Below are positions 53,735-63,709 of a DNA stretch of 64,000 nt, one piece after another. The stretch is from positions 9,990 through 73,989 of the forward strand of contig JANTFI010000002.1 of NCBI GenBank assembly GCA_024763505.1, read 5' to 3'. Positions within the stretch are counted from its first letter, which is position 1. Every line of letters starts with the position of its first letter. The translations under genes and the position numbers were made by a program. The DNA comes from Gammaproteobacteria bacterium (lineage in GTDB: Bacteria > Pseudomonadota > Gammaproteobacteria > GCA-001735895). The notes under the pieces were generated by a model that worked only from the letters and a program-made list of their open reading frames with translations, did not search any database and was not told the origin of the DNA.

Positions 53735-54397
53735 CTAATGTACAACCTGGTCATCCAGCATTTCCTGCAGGATTTCGCCGGCTTGGGAATACAATGGGTG
53801 TTGGCGGTCTTGCGCAATGTCTTGCAGTGTTTTGAGGCTGGTGGGGCTATCCAGCAAGGATAGATAGTACAAGGCATCCTGAGCGATGGCCGGGTTAGCA
53901 CTGGATGCGAGTTTGCGAAAAACAGGCTCTTGATCATCCAGCAACCCATCGGCAGCCAAAGACTCGATTACTGCACTCAGGCCAATACGCACGACCAGTG
54001 TGGTTTGTTCGTTGCCCAGCAATTCCAACATCGCTTCGCGAGCAGCCGCATGTTGCCGAATCAACGTCTCGGCAGCCTCAAGTTGACCACTGGATAATTC
54101 CTCGACGATCAATTGCTGCCAGTTTTTTTGTGTATCCTGATTCAGAATTTGCTCAATCTCCTGCTCCGATTTCAAGCCGCCAAAGCCGACACCATCAATA
54201 AAATAATAGGGAACCGATCGGATGTTCATTTGTCGGGCAAGCTCCGGCTGATGAGCCAGATTGATGATATCAAGCGCATCAATCGATCCTTTATTTTGCA
54301 TATTCCCAAAGATTTTCTCCATTTGGGGGCACAAATGGCAGCCATCCATAACATATAACTTTATTTTATGAGGTTTCTTGGATTTCCTTGTTTGCAT
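53735..54397 (-). CDS. thioredoxin-fold protein with HEAT-like C-terminal helices
   Basis: GCHLCP, IRSVP; C-terminal helical repeats. Confidence 0.75.
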   Translation of the reverse strand: MQTRKSKKPHKIKLYVMDGCHLCPQMEKIFGNMQNKGSIDALDIINLAHQPELARQMNIRSVPYYFIDGVGFGGLKSEQEIEQILNQDTQKNWQQLIVEELSSGQLEAAETLIRQHAAAREAMLELLGNEQTTLVVRIGLSAVIESLAADGLLDDQEPVFRKLASSANPAIAQDALYYLSLLDSPTSLKTLQDIAQDRQHPLYSQAGEILQEMLDDQVVH

Positions 54398-54453
54398 AAG
54401 TAGATTTAAATATACTAATAGACAGAATAGATAAAAGAATCGCAGATAACTAC

Positions 54454-54843
54454 ATGAGCAAATTTACCCTGAGTACCTGTTTAATGCTATCGGTAGTTAT
54501 CATTTTATCGGGCATTGCCTGGGTGATTCTGATTCAACCCGGCAATCAACTGGATAATAGTTTGTACAGCAGTCGTCTACAGGTCGAAGAAGAAGAATTA
54601 CTGAAACAGTTCCACCGTTTGCAAGAGAAATACCTGACTGCTCGCGCAACATCGGCTTCCGGGCTGTCGACATCGAGCGATGCCACGCCGCGTTTCAATA
54701 CCGCATCCGGTCTTGATAGCACCGAAGTTTCCAGCCCCGTAACCCAAGCACAAAGGTGGAAAGAATCGGTAAATTCTGAACAGAAACCAGCCGGCTTTTT
54801 GCACAATAACCCGTGGAGTCCGGATTATCAGCATGGTTATTGA
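54454..54843 (+). CDS. hypothetical membrane-anchored protein
   Basis: N-terminal TM, short coiled coil, Ser/Thr-rich linker; fills the intergenic space. Confidence 0.6.
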   Translation: MSKFTLSTCLMLSVVIILSGIAWVILIQPGNQLDNSLYSSRLQVEEEELLKQFHRLQEKYLTARATSASGLSTSSDATPRFNTASGLDSTEVSSPVTQAQRWKESVNSEQKPAGFLHNNPWSPDYQHGY

Positions 54844-54856
54844 GTGATCGGCCTTA

Positions 54857-55645
54857 CTAACCAGTCTCGCTGAAAACCGATTCCATCATCGAACGTACTT
54901 CCTGAACCTGAAAAGGCTTGTCCATGATCGCCGACACGCCTTCATGCTGAATCGCCTGGAGTTTGCTTTCATCTCCTTCCGTGGTCACCATCATGACCGG
55001 TACATCCGGTTGATTGCTCATCTGGCGAATGAATTTCAGCAATTCATGTCCATCCATTTCCGGCATATTGTAATCCGTCACGACCAGGTCGAAGTGCTGG
55101 CTTTGTAATAACGGCACAGCTTCACGGCCATTTTCCGCTTCGGTAATCTCCCCGATCCCGAGCTTTTCCAGCGTCCTTGAAATCATCCGCCGTGCCATTT
55201 TGCTGTCATCCACCAGCAAAACCTGCATTTGCTGATTCAACTCCAGAGCATCGGGGTTTTCCCAGTCCATGATCATCAGAATCGCACGTTTCAATTCATG
55301 GGCGCTAAATGGTTTGGGCAATACGGCCGAGGCACCTGCCTGTTTGACCGAGTCCAGCACGGCAAAGGAGGTTTCGGAGGAAATCAACATAAAAGGAGTG
55401 TCCCGGGTGACCGGGTTATCACGCATGTCATTGACCAGTTCCGAGCCTGTCATATCATCCAGAAACATCGCGCTAATGACCAGATCGGGTTGTTCGGTGT
55501 CGATGATCGCCAATGCCTCCTGCCCGGTGTCTACGGCTTCAAACTGGGTAATACCCACTTCTTCGAGCTGCTGGATTACGATCTTTTTCTGCGAACTGGA
55601 AGGCTCAATGAGAACTACGAAAAGAGAATTCAGAAAATGGCGCAT
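54857..55645 (-). CDS. tandem receiver-domain (double CheY-like) response regulator
   Basis: Two REC domains, each with KPF; second has DLVVTDYNMP. Confidence 0.9.
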   Translation of the reverse strand: MRHFLNSLFVVLIEPSSSQKKIVIQQLEEVGITQFEAVDTGQEALAIIDTEQPDLVISAMFLDDMTGSELVNDMRDNPVTRDTPFMLISSETSFAVLDSVKQAGASAVLPKPFSAHELKRAILMIMDWENPDALELNQQMQVLLVDDSKMARRMISRTLEKLGIGEITEAENGREAVPLLQSQHFDLVVTDYNMPEMDGHELLKFIRQMSNQPDVPVMMVTTEGDESKLQAIQHEGVSAIMDKPFQVQEVRSMMESVFSETG

Positions 55646-55751
55646 GTCACAACCGGTTGATTTTATTTCCCAGTTTTTATAGCACAGCGATCATTTTTAG
55701 CAGGAAAATAAATTGATCTTGTTATAATTCCGTTTTTTCTCGGAAGCCGTC

Positions 55752-56678
55752 ATGTACGCTCTGGAAATCAACCAGTTAACCAAAACTTACCGAAATGGCT
55801 TTGTCGCACTTAAAGGTATTGATCTGAAAGTGCAACGCGGTGATTTTTTTGCCCTGCTCGGCCCGAATGGCGCTGGCAAATCAACCTGTATTGGCATCAT
55901 CACTTCGTTGATCAACAAGACTTCGGGCAGCGTTCGGGTTTTTGGCCATGATCTGGATCGCGAGTTAATCGACGCCAAGCGCAAGATCGGTGTGGTGCCA
56001 CAGGAATTTAACTTTAATATCTTTGAGCCGGTGCAGGAAATCATTGCCAATCAGGGGGGATATTACGGCGTACCGGCCAGTCAGGCTCGAAAGCAGACCG
56101 AAGTCTATCTACGCGAGTTGGGCTTATGGGATAAACGACACCTGCAGGCGCGAGAGCTTTCCGGCGGCATGAAGCGCAGGTTGATGATTGCGCGTGCCCT
56201 GGTTCACCAGCCGGAATTACTGATTCTGGATGAACCGACCGCCGGGGTCGATATCGAATTGCGTCGTTCGATGTGGAAATTCATGCGCCGTATCAATGAA
56301 CAGGGCACGACCATCATCCTGACCACCCACTATCTGGAAGAAGCCGAACAAATGTGCAAGAACATCGCTATCATCGACCAGGGCAACATCATCGAGAATA
56401 CCAGCATGAAAGCTTTGCTCAGTACACTCGACACCGAAACCTTCATTCTGTATCTGCGCGAAGAACTATTACATTTACCGACCATTAGTGCCGAGTTTGC
56501 CATTCGTCAGGTCGATGAACATACGCTCGAGGTCGATGTGCCAAAACAGTTGACGCTAAATCAGGTAATCTTGCAACTACACCAACAAAACCTGCAAATC
56601 GACAGCATGCGGAACAAGGTCAATCGCCTCGAAGAACTATTCGTGTCGATGGTCGATAAAAAAGAGCAAGCCGCATGA
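55752..56678 (+). CDS. yadG: ABC-2 type transporter ATPase
   Basis: GPNGAGKST, LSGGMKRRL, NRLEELF. Confidence 0.88.
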   Translation: MYALEINQLTKTYRNGFVALKGIDLKVQRGDFFALLGPNGAGKSTCIGIITSLINKTSGSVRVFGHDLDRELIDAKRKIGVVPQEFNFNIFEPVQEIIANQGGYYGVPASQARKQTEVYLRELGLWDKRHLQARELSGGMKRRLMIARALVHQPELLILDEPTAGVDIELRRSMWKFMRRINEQGTTIILTTHYLEEAEQMCKNIAIIDQGNIIENTSMKALLSTLDTETFILYLREELLHLPTISAEFAIRQVDEHTLEVDVPKQLTLNQVILQLHQQNLQIDSMRNKVNRLEELFVSMVDKKEQAA

Positions 56679-57451
56679 GCCCGTTGCAACGATATAGCAT
56701 CGCTTACCTGACGATTGCGCGTAAGGAGATATTGCGCTTCAGCCGTATCTGGGTGCAAACCATTGTTCCGCCGGTGATCATGGTGGCGCTGTATTTCATC
56801 ATCTTCGGCAACCTTATCGGCGCTCGCATCGGCCGCATGGATGGCATGGCCTATATCGATTTCATCATGCCGGGGCTGATCATGATGGCGGTGATCACCA
56901 ATTCCTATTCCAACGTAGTATCTTCTTTTTTCAGCGCCAAGTTTTCTCATCACATCGAAGAAATGTTGGTTTCGCCGATACCCAATCTGGTGATCCTGCT
57001 CGGTTTTCTGACCGGAGGTATTGCGCGTGGTCTGAGTGTCGGTCTGGCGGTTACGCTGGCTTCCCTGTTTTTCACTTCCTTTCGGGTCGACAATCCGATA
57101 ATGGTAGTCGGCGTTGCGTTTTTGACTGCATTGCTGTTTTCTCTGGCTGGCTTGATCAACGGCATCTTCGCCAAGAGTTTTGACGATGTTTCAATCGTGC
57201 CTACCTTCGTGCTGACGCCGCTGATTTATCTCGGTGGAATCTTTTATTCGATCCAGTTACTGCCGCCATTCTGGCAAAATATTTCACTCGGCAACCCGAT
57301 TCTGTACATGATCAACAGCTTTCGTTATGGCTTTCTGGGTGTTACTGACATCGATATCACGACCGCGTTGATCATTATCATGATCTTCACCATTGCCTTG
57401 TTCAGCATTGCTCTGAGCCTGCTTAACCGGGGCATCGGTATCCGCCAGTGA
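56675..57451 (+). CDS. yadH: ABC-2 type transporter permease
   Basis: RIWVQTIVPP, NSYSNVVSSFF, NPILYMIN. Confidence 0.9.
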   Translation: MSPLQRYSIAYLTIARKEILRFSRIWVQTIVPPVIMVALYFIIFGNLIGARIGRMDGMAYIDFIMPGLIMMAVITNSYSNVVSSFFSAKFSHHIEEMLVSPIPNLVILLGFLTGGIARGLSVGLAVTLASLFFTSFRVDNPIMVVGVAFLTALLFSLAGLINGIFAKSFDDVSIVPTFVLTPLIYLGGIFYSIQLLPPFWQNISLGNPILYMINSFRYGFLGVTDIDITTALIIIMIFTIALFSIALSLLNRGIGIRQ

Positions 57452-58242
57452 CAGAAATGATCGACATCGGGGTGAACCTGACCAACCCGAGATTGATGAA
57501 AAGGGTGGATACAGTGATTTCAGAAGCCGCTGCAGAAGGTGTTAGCACGCTGATCGTGACTGGCACTTCGGTCGAGGAAAGCCGCCAGGCGACCGAGCTT
57601 TGCCAGCAGTATCCGGATGCGTTGTATGCCACCTGTGGTGTCCACCCGCATGATGCCAGACACTGGCAATCTGACACGCTGGAGCAGCTCAAAACCATCG
57701 CCTCTCACCCATCAGTAAAAGCGATTGGCGAAACCGGGTTGGATTTCAACCGGGATTTTTCGCCTCGACCGCAGCAACTTTCCGCTTTCGAGCAACAGCT
57801 GGAGTTGGCAGTCCAGATCAAAAAACCGCTTTTCCTGCACCAACGAGATGCCTTCGATGCTTTCTGCAGCTTGCTGAAAGAATATCGTGATCGGGTGCCT
57901 GACGCGGTAGCACACTGTTTTACTGATAATAAAAAGGCGCTGTATGCCCTGCTCGATCTGGATTGCCATATCGGCATCACCGGATGGATATGCGATGAAC
58001 GGCGCGGCCTCGAACTCCGCTCACTGGTCCGGGATATCCCGCCGGATCGCCTGATGCTCGAAACCGATGCCCCCTATCTGCTGCCGCGGGACTTGCCGGA
58101 AAAGCCAGAAGGCAAACTGAATCTACCCAAATATCTGCCGCATATTCTGCAGCGCGTCGCACAGCATCAACAAAAGCCTGTCGAACAACTGGCCGGAGAA
58201 GTGCTCGATACCACCCGGCAGTTTTTCGGACTGGACGCATGA
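57448..58242 (+). CDS. tatD: TatD family nuclease
   Basis: DIGVNL, GETGLDFNRDFS, HCFT, ETDAPY. Confidence 0.94.
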   Translation: MTEMIDIGVNLTNPRLMKRVDTVISEAAAEGVSTLIVTGTSVEESRQATELCQQYPDALYATCGVHPHDARHWQSDTLEQLKTIASHPSVKAIGETGLDFNRDFSPRPQQLSAFEQQLELAVQIKKPLFLHQRDAFDAFCSLLKEYRDRVPDAVAHCFTDNKKALYALLDLDCHIGITGWICDERRGLELRSLVRDIPPDRLMLETDAPYLLPRDLPEKPEGKLNLPKYLPHILQRVAQHQQKPVEQLAGEVLDTTRQFFGLDA

Positions 58243-59042
58243 CGATACGAATCCACTCTCTCTACACTTACCCGATCAAATCCTGCCGGGGTTATGCGCT
58301 GGATTCAGCTGAACTGGTGGACACCGGCTTTCGCCACGATCGCCACTGGATGCTGGTCAATGCGCAGGGAGAATTCCTCAGCCAGCGACAGCTTCCGGCC
58401 ATGGCTCGCATCGCTACGCGGCTGGCAGGCGACAGTTTGCTGGTTCAATACGATTCCAGCGACGATGAACTGGCAATCCCATTGCAGCAAGCGGACGATG
58501 ATTATCTTCAAGTTCAAATCTGGAATGACCGCTGTCTGGCCAGCCGGGTATCTGCGCAAGCCAGCGAATGGTTCAGCGACAAGTTGAACACGCAGTGCGA
58601 ACTGGTTTATTTACCGCTGTCACAACAACGGCAGGTAGATCCACGCTATGCGAATAATGAACAGATTGTCGGATTCGCCGATGGCTTTCCGATTCTGGTC
58701 ATGTCAATGTCCACGGCCGATTTGCTGGCAGAAAAACTGGGCGAACCAGTCGATATAAAACGTTTCCGACCCAATATCGTGCTGTCGGGTTGCCCTGCAC
58801 ACCGAGAAGATGACTGGGCCAGTATTTCCATCGGCGATCTGGTTATCGATCTGGTCAAACCCTGTTCTCGCTGTGTGATTCCATCCATCGACCAGAGTAG
58901 CGGTGAAAAACACCCTGAATTGCTCAGGGAGTTGGCTGCCTATCGTCGCCAGAACGGTAAAATCTATGTCGGACAAAATGGCTTGCACAGGAAAAACGGA
59001 AAAGTACAGGTTGGCGATCAGGTTTCGATCCAGCCCAAATGA
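58239..59042 (+). CDS. MOSC domain protein (YcbX/mARC-like)
   Basis: YPIKSC, DRHWM, FADGFP, RFRPNI, PCSRC. Confidence 0.92.
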   Translation: MTIRIHSLYTYPIKSCRGYALDSAELVDTGFRHDRHWMLVNAQGEFLSQRQLPAMARIATRLAGDSLLVQYDSSDDELAIPLQQADDDYLQVQIWNDRCLASRVSAQASEWFSDKLNTQCELVYLPLSQQRQVDPRYANNEQIVGFADGFPILVMSMSTADLLAEKLGEPVDIKRFRPNIVLSGCPAHREDDWASISIGDLVIDLVKPCSRCVIPSIDQSSGEKHPELLRELAAYRRQNGKIYVGQNGLHRKNGKVQVGDQVSIQPK

Positions 59043-59162
59043 CCAGTTATCACTCTGTTTAGAGATTTTTCCATTTTTTGCGTGAAAATCATTCGCACAG
59101 GACTACACTGACCATACCGTTTAAAAATTATGGCCGCCCGGCCGCCGTTTTCTAAAATAAGA

Positions 59163-59870
59163 ATGAACGATCAGACCCGGTTACACTTCTACGCATCAAC
59201 TCCGGAGCCCTGCAGTTATCTGCCAGGACAACAATCCATCAGTGCTTTTGCCAATCCCTATGTCGATATGGATTGCGATACCTACGATGAATTGATTCAG
59301 TATGGCTTTCGTCGCTCGGGCGGGTATCTGTATCGCCCTCACTGCCCGAGCTGCGAAGCCTGTATTTCGTTACGCATCCCGGTTGAAGAATATCAATTCT
59401 CCCGCAATGACCGTCGAACGTTGCGCAAAAACAGCGATCTGGTCATTCAGCAGCAGGACAATCTTTTTGTCGATGAACATTTCGAGCTGTACCAGCGCTA
59501 TATCAACAACCGTCACTCCGGTGGCAGTATGGAAAACCCGACGCGGGCCGACTATCACCGGTTTCTGATCTGTGACTGGGCCGACACCAGCTTTATCGAA
59601 TTCCGCTTGCATGAAAAATTACTTGCAGTTGCCGTGACGGATAACACCAGCACGGGACAATCGGCGGTTTATACCTTTTTCGACCCGGCAGAAACCGATC
59701 GCAGCCTCGGCCATTTTTCGATTCTGACCCAGATTCGTCTGACCCGCGAAAGCGCCCTTCCCTATTTATACCTGGGTTACTGGATCAAGAATTGCCAGAA
59801 AATGGCGTATAAATCCCGCTACAGACCTGCAGAGGGATTTATCGGCGATGTGTGGGTAGAAATGGAGTAA
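59163..59870 (+). CDS. ate: Ate/Bpt family aminoacyl-tRNA-protein transferase
   Basis: CSYL, GFRRSG..YRPHC, YLYLGYWI..KMAYK. Confidence 0.9.
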   Translation: MNDQTRLHFYASTPEPCSYLPGQQSISAFANPYVDMDCDTYDELIQYGFRRSGGYLYRPHCPSCEACISLRIPVEEYQFSRNDRRTLRKNSDLVIQQQDNLFVDEHFELYQRYINNRHSGGSMENPTRADYHRFLICDWADTSFIEFRLHEKLLAVAVTDNTSTGQSAVYTFFDPAETDRSLGHFSILTQIRLTRESALPYLYLGYWIKNCQKMAYKSRYRPAEGFIGDVWVEME

Positions 59871-59920
59871 CGCTGCCAACCGATCCGGCTGCAGCACCAC
59901 TCAAAACGACGGGGCGGAAA

Positions 59921-60157
59921 TCAGGAAACCTGCTCACCTTTGCGGTTCGCCATCAACATGAGTTTGGTAATCAGTAACAGCCAGGGTGCTCCGTGTAACA
60001 GCAAGTCGAAAATATCCAATGGCTTTTGCAATTCACCATTGAACAGCATACGAACCTTTTCAACCAGATGCGGCTCCGGAAAAAAGGGAGCCAATCCCAG
60101 AAACAGGCTCAAAACAATAAAGTGCGGCAACGGCAGTGCGTCAATAATCTTCAACAT
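59921..60157 (-). CDS. small conserved two-TM membrane protein
   Basis: LGLAPFFPEPHLVEK..DIFDLLLHG; GGAG SD before ATG 60157. Confidence 0.75.
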   Translation of the reverse strand: MLKIIDALPLPHFIVLSLFLGLAPFFPEPHLVEKVRMLFNGELQKPLDIFDLLLHGAPWLLLITKLMLMANRKGEQVS

Positions 60158-60290
60158 ATCATTACTCCAAAAATACAACCACCCGAATAGCTTGCCGTCT
60201 CCCTTTACTCATTCACAAATATAATGGAATCACCGTTGTTGCAGGTGAAAGCAGTATTACATTTGTGTATCAATAAACTTCAGTTCGCTA

Positions 60291-61067
60291 TCAAAGGTGG
60301 ATTAACGAAAATACCTGCTGGTACAAATGGTCACTGCTGGCCGCCAGCACTGAATTTGTCTGCAGGGTCAGGCCCTGACCTTCCAGGTCCGTCATCTTCC
60401 CTCCGGCTTCATGGACTATAACCGACAAAGCGGCAATATCCAGAATATTCACATCCGATTCGACAATAATTTCTATCTTGCCGGAAGCCAGTAAATGGTA
60501 ATGGTAAAAATCGCCATAGCCGCGTGTACGATTGACTTGCTGAGCCAGCTTGCCTGCACCTGCCCAACGCCTGGTATCGCTCGCAAGCGTCGCAATATTA
60601 CCCATCGACAAAGCCGCATCGCGCAAATCTTCGATCCCCTCGCTGACCCGGATCGGTTGCTCATTAAGAAACGCGCCCTCACCCTTGCTGGCCCAGGCCA
60701 GTTCATTGAACATCACACCATTGGACACACCCACAATCAATTCATCCCGGTGCATCAAAGCGATCTGGGTCGAGAAAAAAGGGTACTGGCGAACAAAGCT
60801 CTTGGTGCCATCGATCGGGTCGATCAGCCAGGTATATTCTGCATCGGGATTGCTATGCCCGGTTTCTTCACCGTAAAAGCCATGATCCGGATATTCACCC
60901 AGAATCACTTCCTTGATTTTTTGTTCTGTTTCGACATCCGCCACCGTCACCGGGGTGTAATCTTCCTTCATGGTGACCTTGACATTCGCATCGTAATAAT
61001 GACGGATTACTTCTTCGCCCGCTCGCGCGGCTTGCAGGGCAATATCTAAAAACGGGCTTCGGCTCAT
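60291..61067 (-). CDS. inositol monophosphatase family protein (HisN-like histidinol-phosphatase candidate)
   Basis: TPVTVAD, GEE, DPIDGTKSF, DIAA..EAGG. Confidence 0.9.
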   Translation of the reverse strand: MSRSPFLDIALQAARAGEEVIRHYYDANVKVTMKEDYTPVTVADVETEQKIKEVILGEYPDHGFYGEETGHSNPDAEYTWLIDPIDGTKSFVRQYPFFSTQIALMHRDELIVGVSNGVMFNELAWASKGEGAFLNEQPIRVSEGIEDLRDAALSMGNIATLASDTRRWAGAGKLAQQVNRTRGYGDFYHYHLLASGKIEIIVESDVNILDIAALSVIVHEAGGKMTDLEGQGLTLQTNSVLAASSDHLYQQVFSLIHL

Positions 61068-61196
61068 CGGGCTAACACTACCATTCAAACGCCATATTTT
61101 AAATTAATCCAGATCAAGTTTCCTGACTAAATGCAGTCTGATTTAAAATAAAGCTTTTGATATAATTTGCTAATATTATTAAACACTTACAGCGAC

Positions 61197-61976
61197 ATGA
61201 AAAAAGAAATCATCATCATCGGCCTGGGCGAAATGGGCAGCGTTTTTTCCCGCGGTTTTCTCAAAGCTTCGCATCCGGTCATCCCCGTCAATCGACAGCA
61301 ATCGCCATCAAGTGTCGCCGAGCAATACCCGCAACCCGAGCTGGTGCTGATCGCTGTCGGAGAAAAGGACTTGCCCACCACGCTCGATAACCTGCCCGAT
61401 GTCTGGCGCGATAAGGCCGTATTGCTACAAAATGAATTACTGCCCCGAGACTGGCAAGACAAGAATTTGACTGACCCCACCATCATCTCGGTCTGGTTCG
61501 AGAAAAAGCCCGAAATGGATTACAAGGTTCTGGTGCCATCACCCGCACATGGCCCAAAAGCTGAAATCATTCAACAGGCCTTGGCAACGCTGCAGATTCC
61601 GGTCGAAATCATCCAGACCGAGCAAGATATGCTGTTCGAGTTGGTACGAAAAAACATGTACATCCTGACCACCAATATTTGTGGCCTCAAAGTCGGCGGA
61701 ACGGTCAAAAAGTTATGGGATGACCATGCGGTAGTAATGAATCAGGTTTTCGATGATGTGCTGGCGATTCAGCAATGCCTGACCGGCAAAGTCTTTGAGC
61801 GGGATCGCCTGCTCGCAGCCGTACTGGCCGCTTTTGATGGCGACCCCGAACACCAATGCATGGGCCGAAGTGCCCCGGCACGTCTTGATCGTGCCTGCAA
61901 AATGGCTCAACAATGCCAGCTTGAGACCCCGGCACTGAAAGCCATTAAACAAGCTACGGTGGATAGCCCATCGTAA
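61197..61976 (+). CDS. uncharacterised Rossmann-fold protein (ApbA/PanE-like architecture)
   Basis: IIIGLGEMG, LLQNE, ELVRKNMYILTTN. Confidence 0.7.
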   Translation: MKKEIIIIGLGEMGSVFSRGFLKASHPVIPVNRQQSPSSVAEQYPQPELVLIAVGEKDLPTTLDNLPDVWRDKAVLLQNELLPRDWQDKNLTDPTIISVWFEKKPEMDYKVLVPSPAHGPKAEIIQQALATLQIPVEIIQTEQDMLFELVRKNMYILTTNICGLKVGGTVKKLWDDHAVVMNQVFDDVLAIQQCLTGKVFERDRLLAAVLAAFDGDPEHQCMGRSAPARLDRACKMAQQCQLETPALKAIKQATVDSPS

Positions 61977-62100
61977 AGAAAACTGACAGTTACAACGAAT
62001 ATATTGTCAGATTTTTTTACAGTTTCCGTATGACTTTAATAATTCAGATAGCTATCTTGCTGTTTTAAAAAGCCTTAGACTCATGGGCCTGAAAATTGCT
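61972..62100 (+). promoter_or_regulatory. paired enhancer sites and sigma54 promoter of the PEP-CTERM gene
   Basis: CGT-N11-ACA (61972-61988) and TGT-N11-ACA (62005-62021) as an inverted pair; GG-N10-GC with TTGC at 62086-62099. Confidence 0.72.
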
Positions 62101-62140
62101 TGAAACCGTGAACTGTTTCAAACTTTTAGGGAGAAAACCG

Positions 62141-62758
62141 GTGAAACACCTGAATGCACTTTTTTTGAGTTGTACCTTATTAATCTCGAACGCTGCCTTC
62201 GCGGCAGTGATCGATCTCACGACTGCGCCCAATTGTGATAAATCGGGTATCACCGGAGATTCTGGCGGGGCCAATCAATGCAAAGGGATATTTTTTGGTA
62301 ATGACGACCCTTTAAACTCCTATGAACTCGACGGTCAATCCTTTGAATTTATTGGAGACAGTCTGGGTAGCGAGATTTCATTAACTGCCAACGCAGCCAA
62401 TACCTCAGGCACCTGGGCATTTTCATCGCTTGTAGATACCACTGATTTTGACGACTTTCTGTTGACTTTAAATTACAGTCCAGATCCCTCATCAACTCTG
62501 CCAGGCTCACCTGCAATATGGGGTGCTTATATTTTCGATGGCGCCGCGAATGCTTCAATAAGCGGCGGATGGGATACCCAATTCGATTTTAAAACACCCT
62601 TAGAAACGCTGGCACTGACAAAAATGTCTCTGTATGGAGTAAAAACCGCAGGATCTATTCCACCACCTACAGGATCTGTTCCGGAACCTTCAATTCTGGC
62701 TTTATTCGGGCTGGGTATTCTGGGGATGACGCTGCTGCGGAGAACACGCAAAAGCTGA
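62141..62758 (+). CDS. PEP-CTERM sorting-domain protein
   Basis: Signal peptide; C-terminal VPEP, TM helix, RRTRK; GTG start after GGGAG. Confidence 0.92.
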   Translation: MKHLNALFLSCTLLISNAAFAAVIDLTTAPNCDKSGITGDSGGANQCKGIFFGNDDPLNSYELDGQSFEFIGDSLGSEISLTANAANTSGTWAFSSLVDTTDFDDFLLTLNYSPDPSSTLPGSPAIWGAYIFDGAANASISGGWDTQFDFKTPLETLALTKMSLYGVKTAGSIPPPTGSVPEPSILALFGLGILGMTLLRRTRKS

Positions 62759-62800
62759 ATTTGGGTGCAAGCCGATATCCGAGCTTGAGGCCTTGATTGC

Positions 62801-62840
62801 AAAAGCCTGTTTTCGATCTTCTCGAAAACAGGCTTTTTTT
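62801..62840. terminator. bidirectional Rho-independent terminator
   Basis: AAAAGCCTGTTTTCGA..TCGAAAACAGGCTTTTTTT. Confidence 0.9.
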
Positions 62841-62845
62841 ATGCC

Positions 62846-63709
62846 TCAAATCCAGCTTGTAGCCGCCACAATCAATAACCAGACCACCAAGGATCGTAAC
62901 ACCAGACCGCGTGCTTTTCTCAGTGACGTGACTGCCAACGGATGATGATCGATCACTTCCGGTAAATGGATAGCCATTTCTCCGACCTGCTGTAACAGTT
63001 CAAGATTTTGTTCATAGATATCCACTGCCGTTGTCGCACCGTGCCGATAAGCCTGCAAGGCTTCATCAAAATTGCCGCTGATCATGTAGGCAAACAAGGT
63101 GATTCTAACCGGTATCCAGTCCAGCCAGCCGAGCAATTGACGAAGCTCTGGCCGCAACTTGCCCAGCGATTCATCCAGCAGGTCGGTGTCATACATTTGC
63201 TGCAAGACGCGATAAGCCAAAGCTGCAACCGGCCCAAGTAACACAAACCAGAACAACAAGGCAAAGATACGCGTATTGGCCTGCACGAATATGGATTGGC
63301 TAACCTGCCGGACTTGTGCAGACATTCCGGCTTCAGCCTCTGCACCACAGATCTGGCTTGCAATCAGCGCCTGTTGCGTTTCATCGCCAGACTCTACTGC
63401 ATCGATATAATCATCCACTTGGCGGTCGAGTAATTGCGGGCCCAGCAAAAAAAACAGCAGAGCAACATTAAAGGCCAGTTCGAACAAACCGAACAGGGCT
63501 TTATCGAACAGGCCGCTGGCCATCCAGACCACCAGCATCAAGGGTATCATCAGCGCTGCCAGACTACCCCAGTTGCCAAAACGTTCAATATGCAGCACAT
63601 CGACCATCCATCGGCCATATTCTCGAAGCCAGTCAAATCGTCGCAGTTCAACAAATTGTGGAAAAATGCGCTCCAGCAACAGAGCGATCAGAATACTAAG
63701 AAAGGTCAT
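62846..63709 (-). CDS. ampE: AmpE family membrane protein
   Basis: MTFLSILIALLLER, FWFVLLGP..YR, LDWIPVR; downstream of ampD. Confidence 0.85.
   Translation of the reverse strand: MTFLSILIALLLERIFPQFVELRRFDWLREYGRWMVDVLHIERFGNWGSLAALMIPLMLVVWMASGLFDKALFGLFELAFNVALLFFLLGPQLLDRQVDDYIDAVESGDETQQALIASQICGAEAEAGMSAQVRQVSQSIFVQANTRIFALLFWFVLLGPVAALAYRVLQQMYDTDLLDESLGKLRPELRQLLGWLDWIPVRITLFAYMISGNFDEALQAYRHGATTAVDIYEQNLELLQQVGEMAIHLPEVIDHHPLAVTSLRKARGLVLRSLVVWLLIVAATSWI

Noticed and set aside
59130-59870. ate without an adjacent aat gene
   Set aside because: aat may lie elsewhere in the genome; this cannot be judged from the window.
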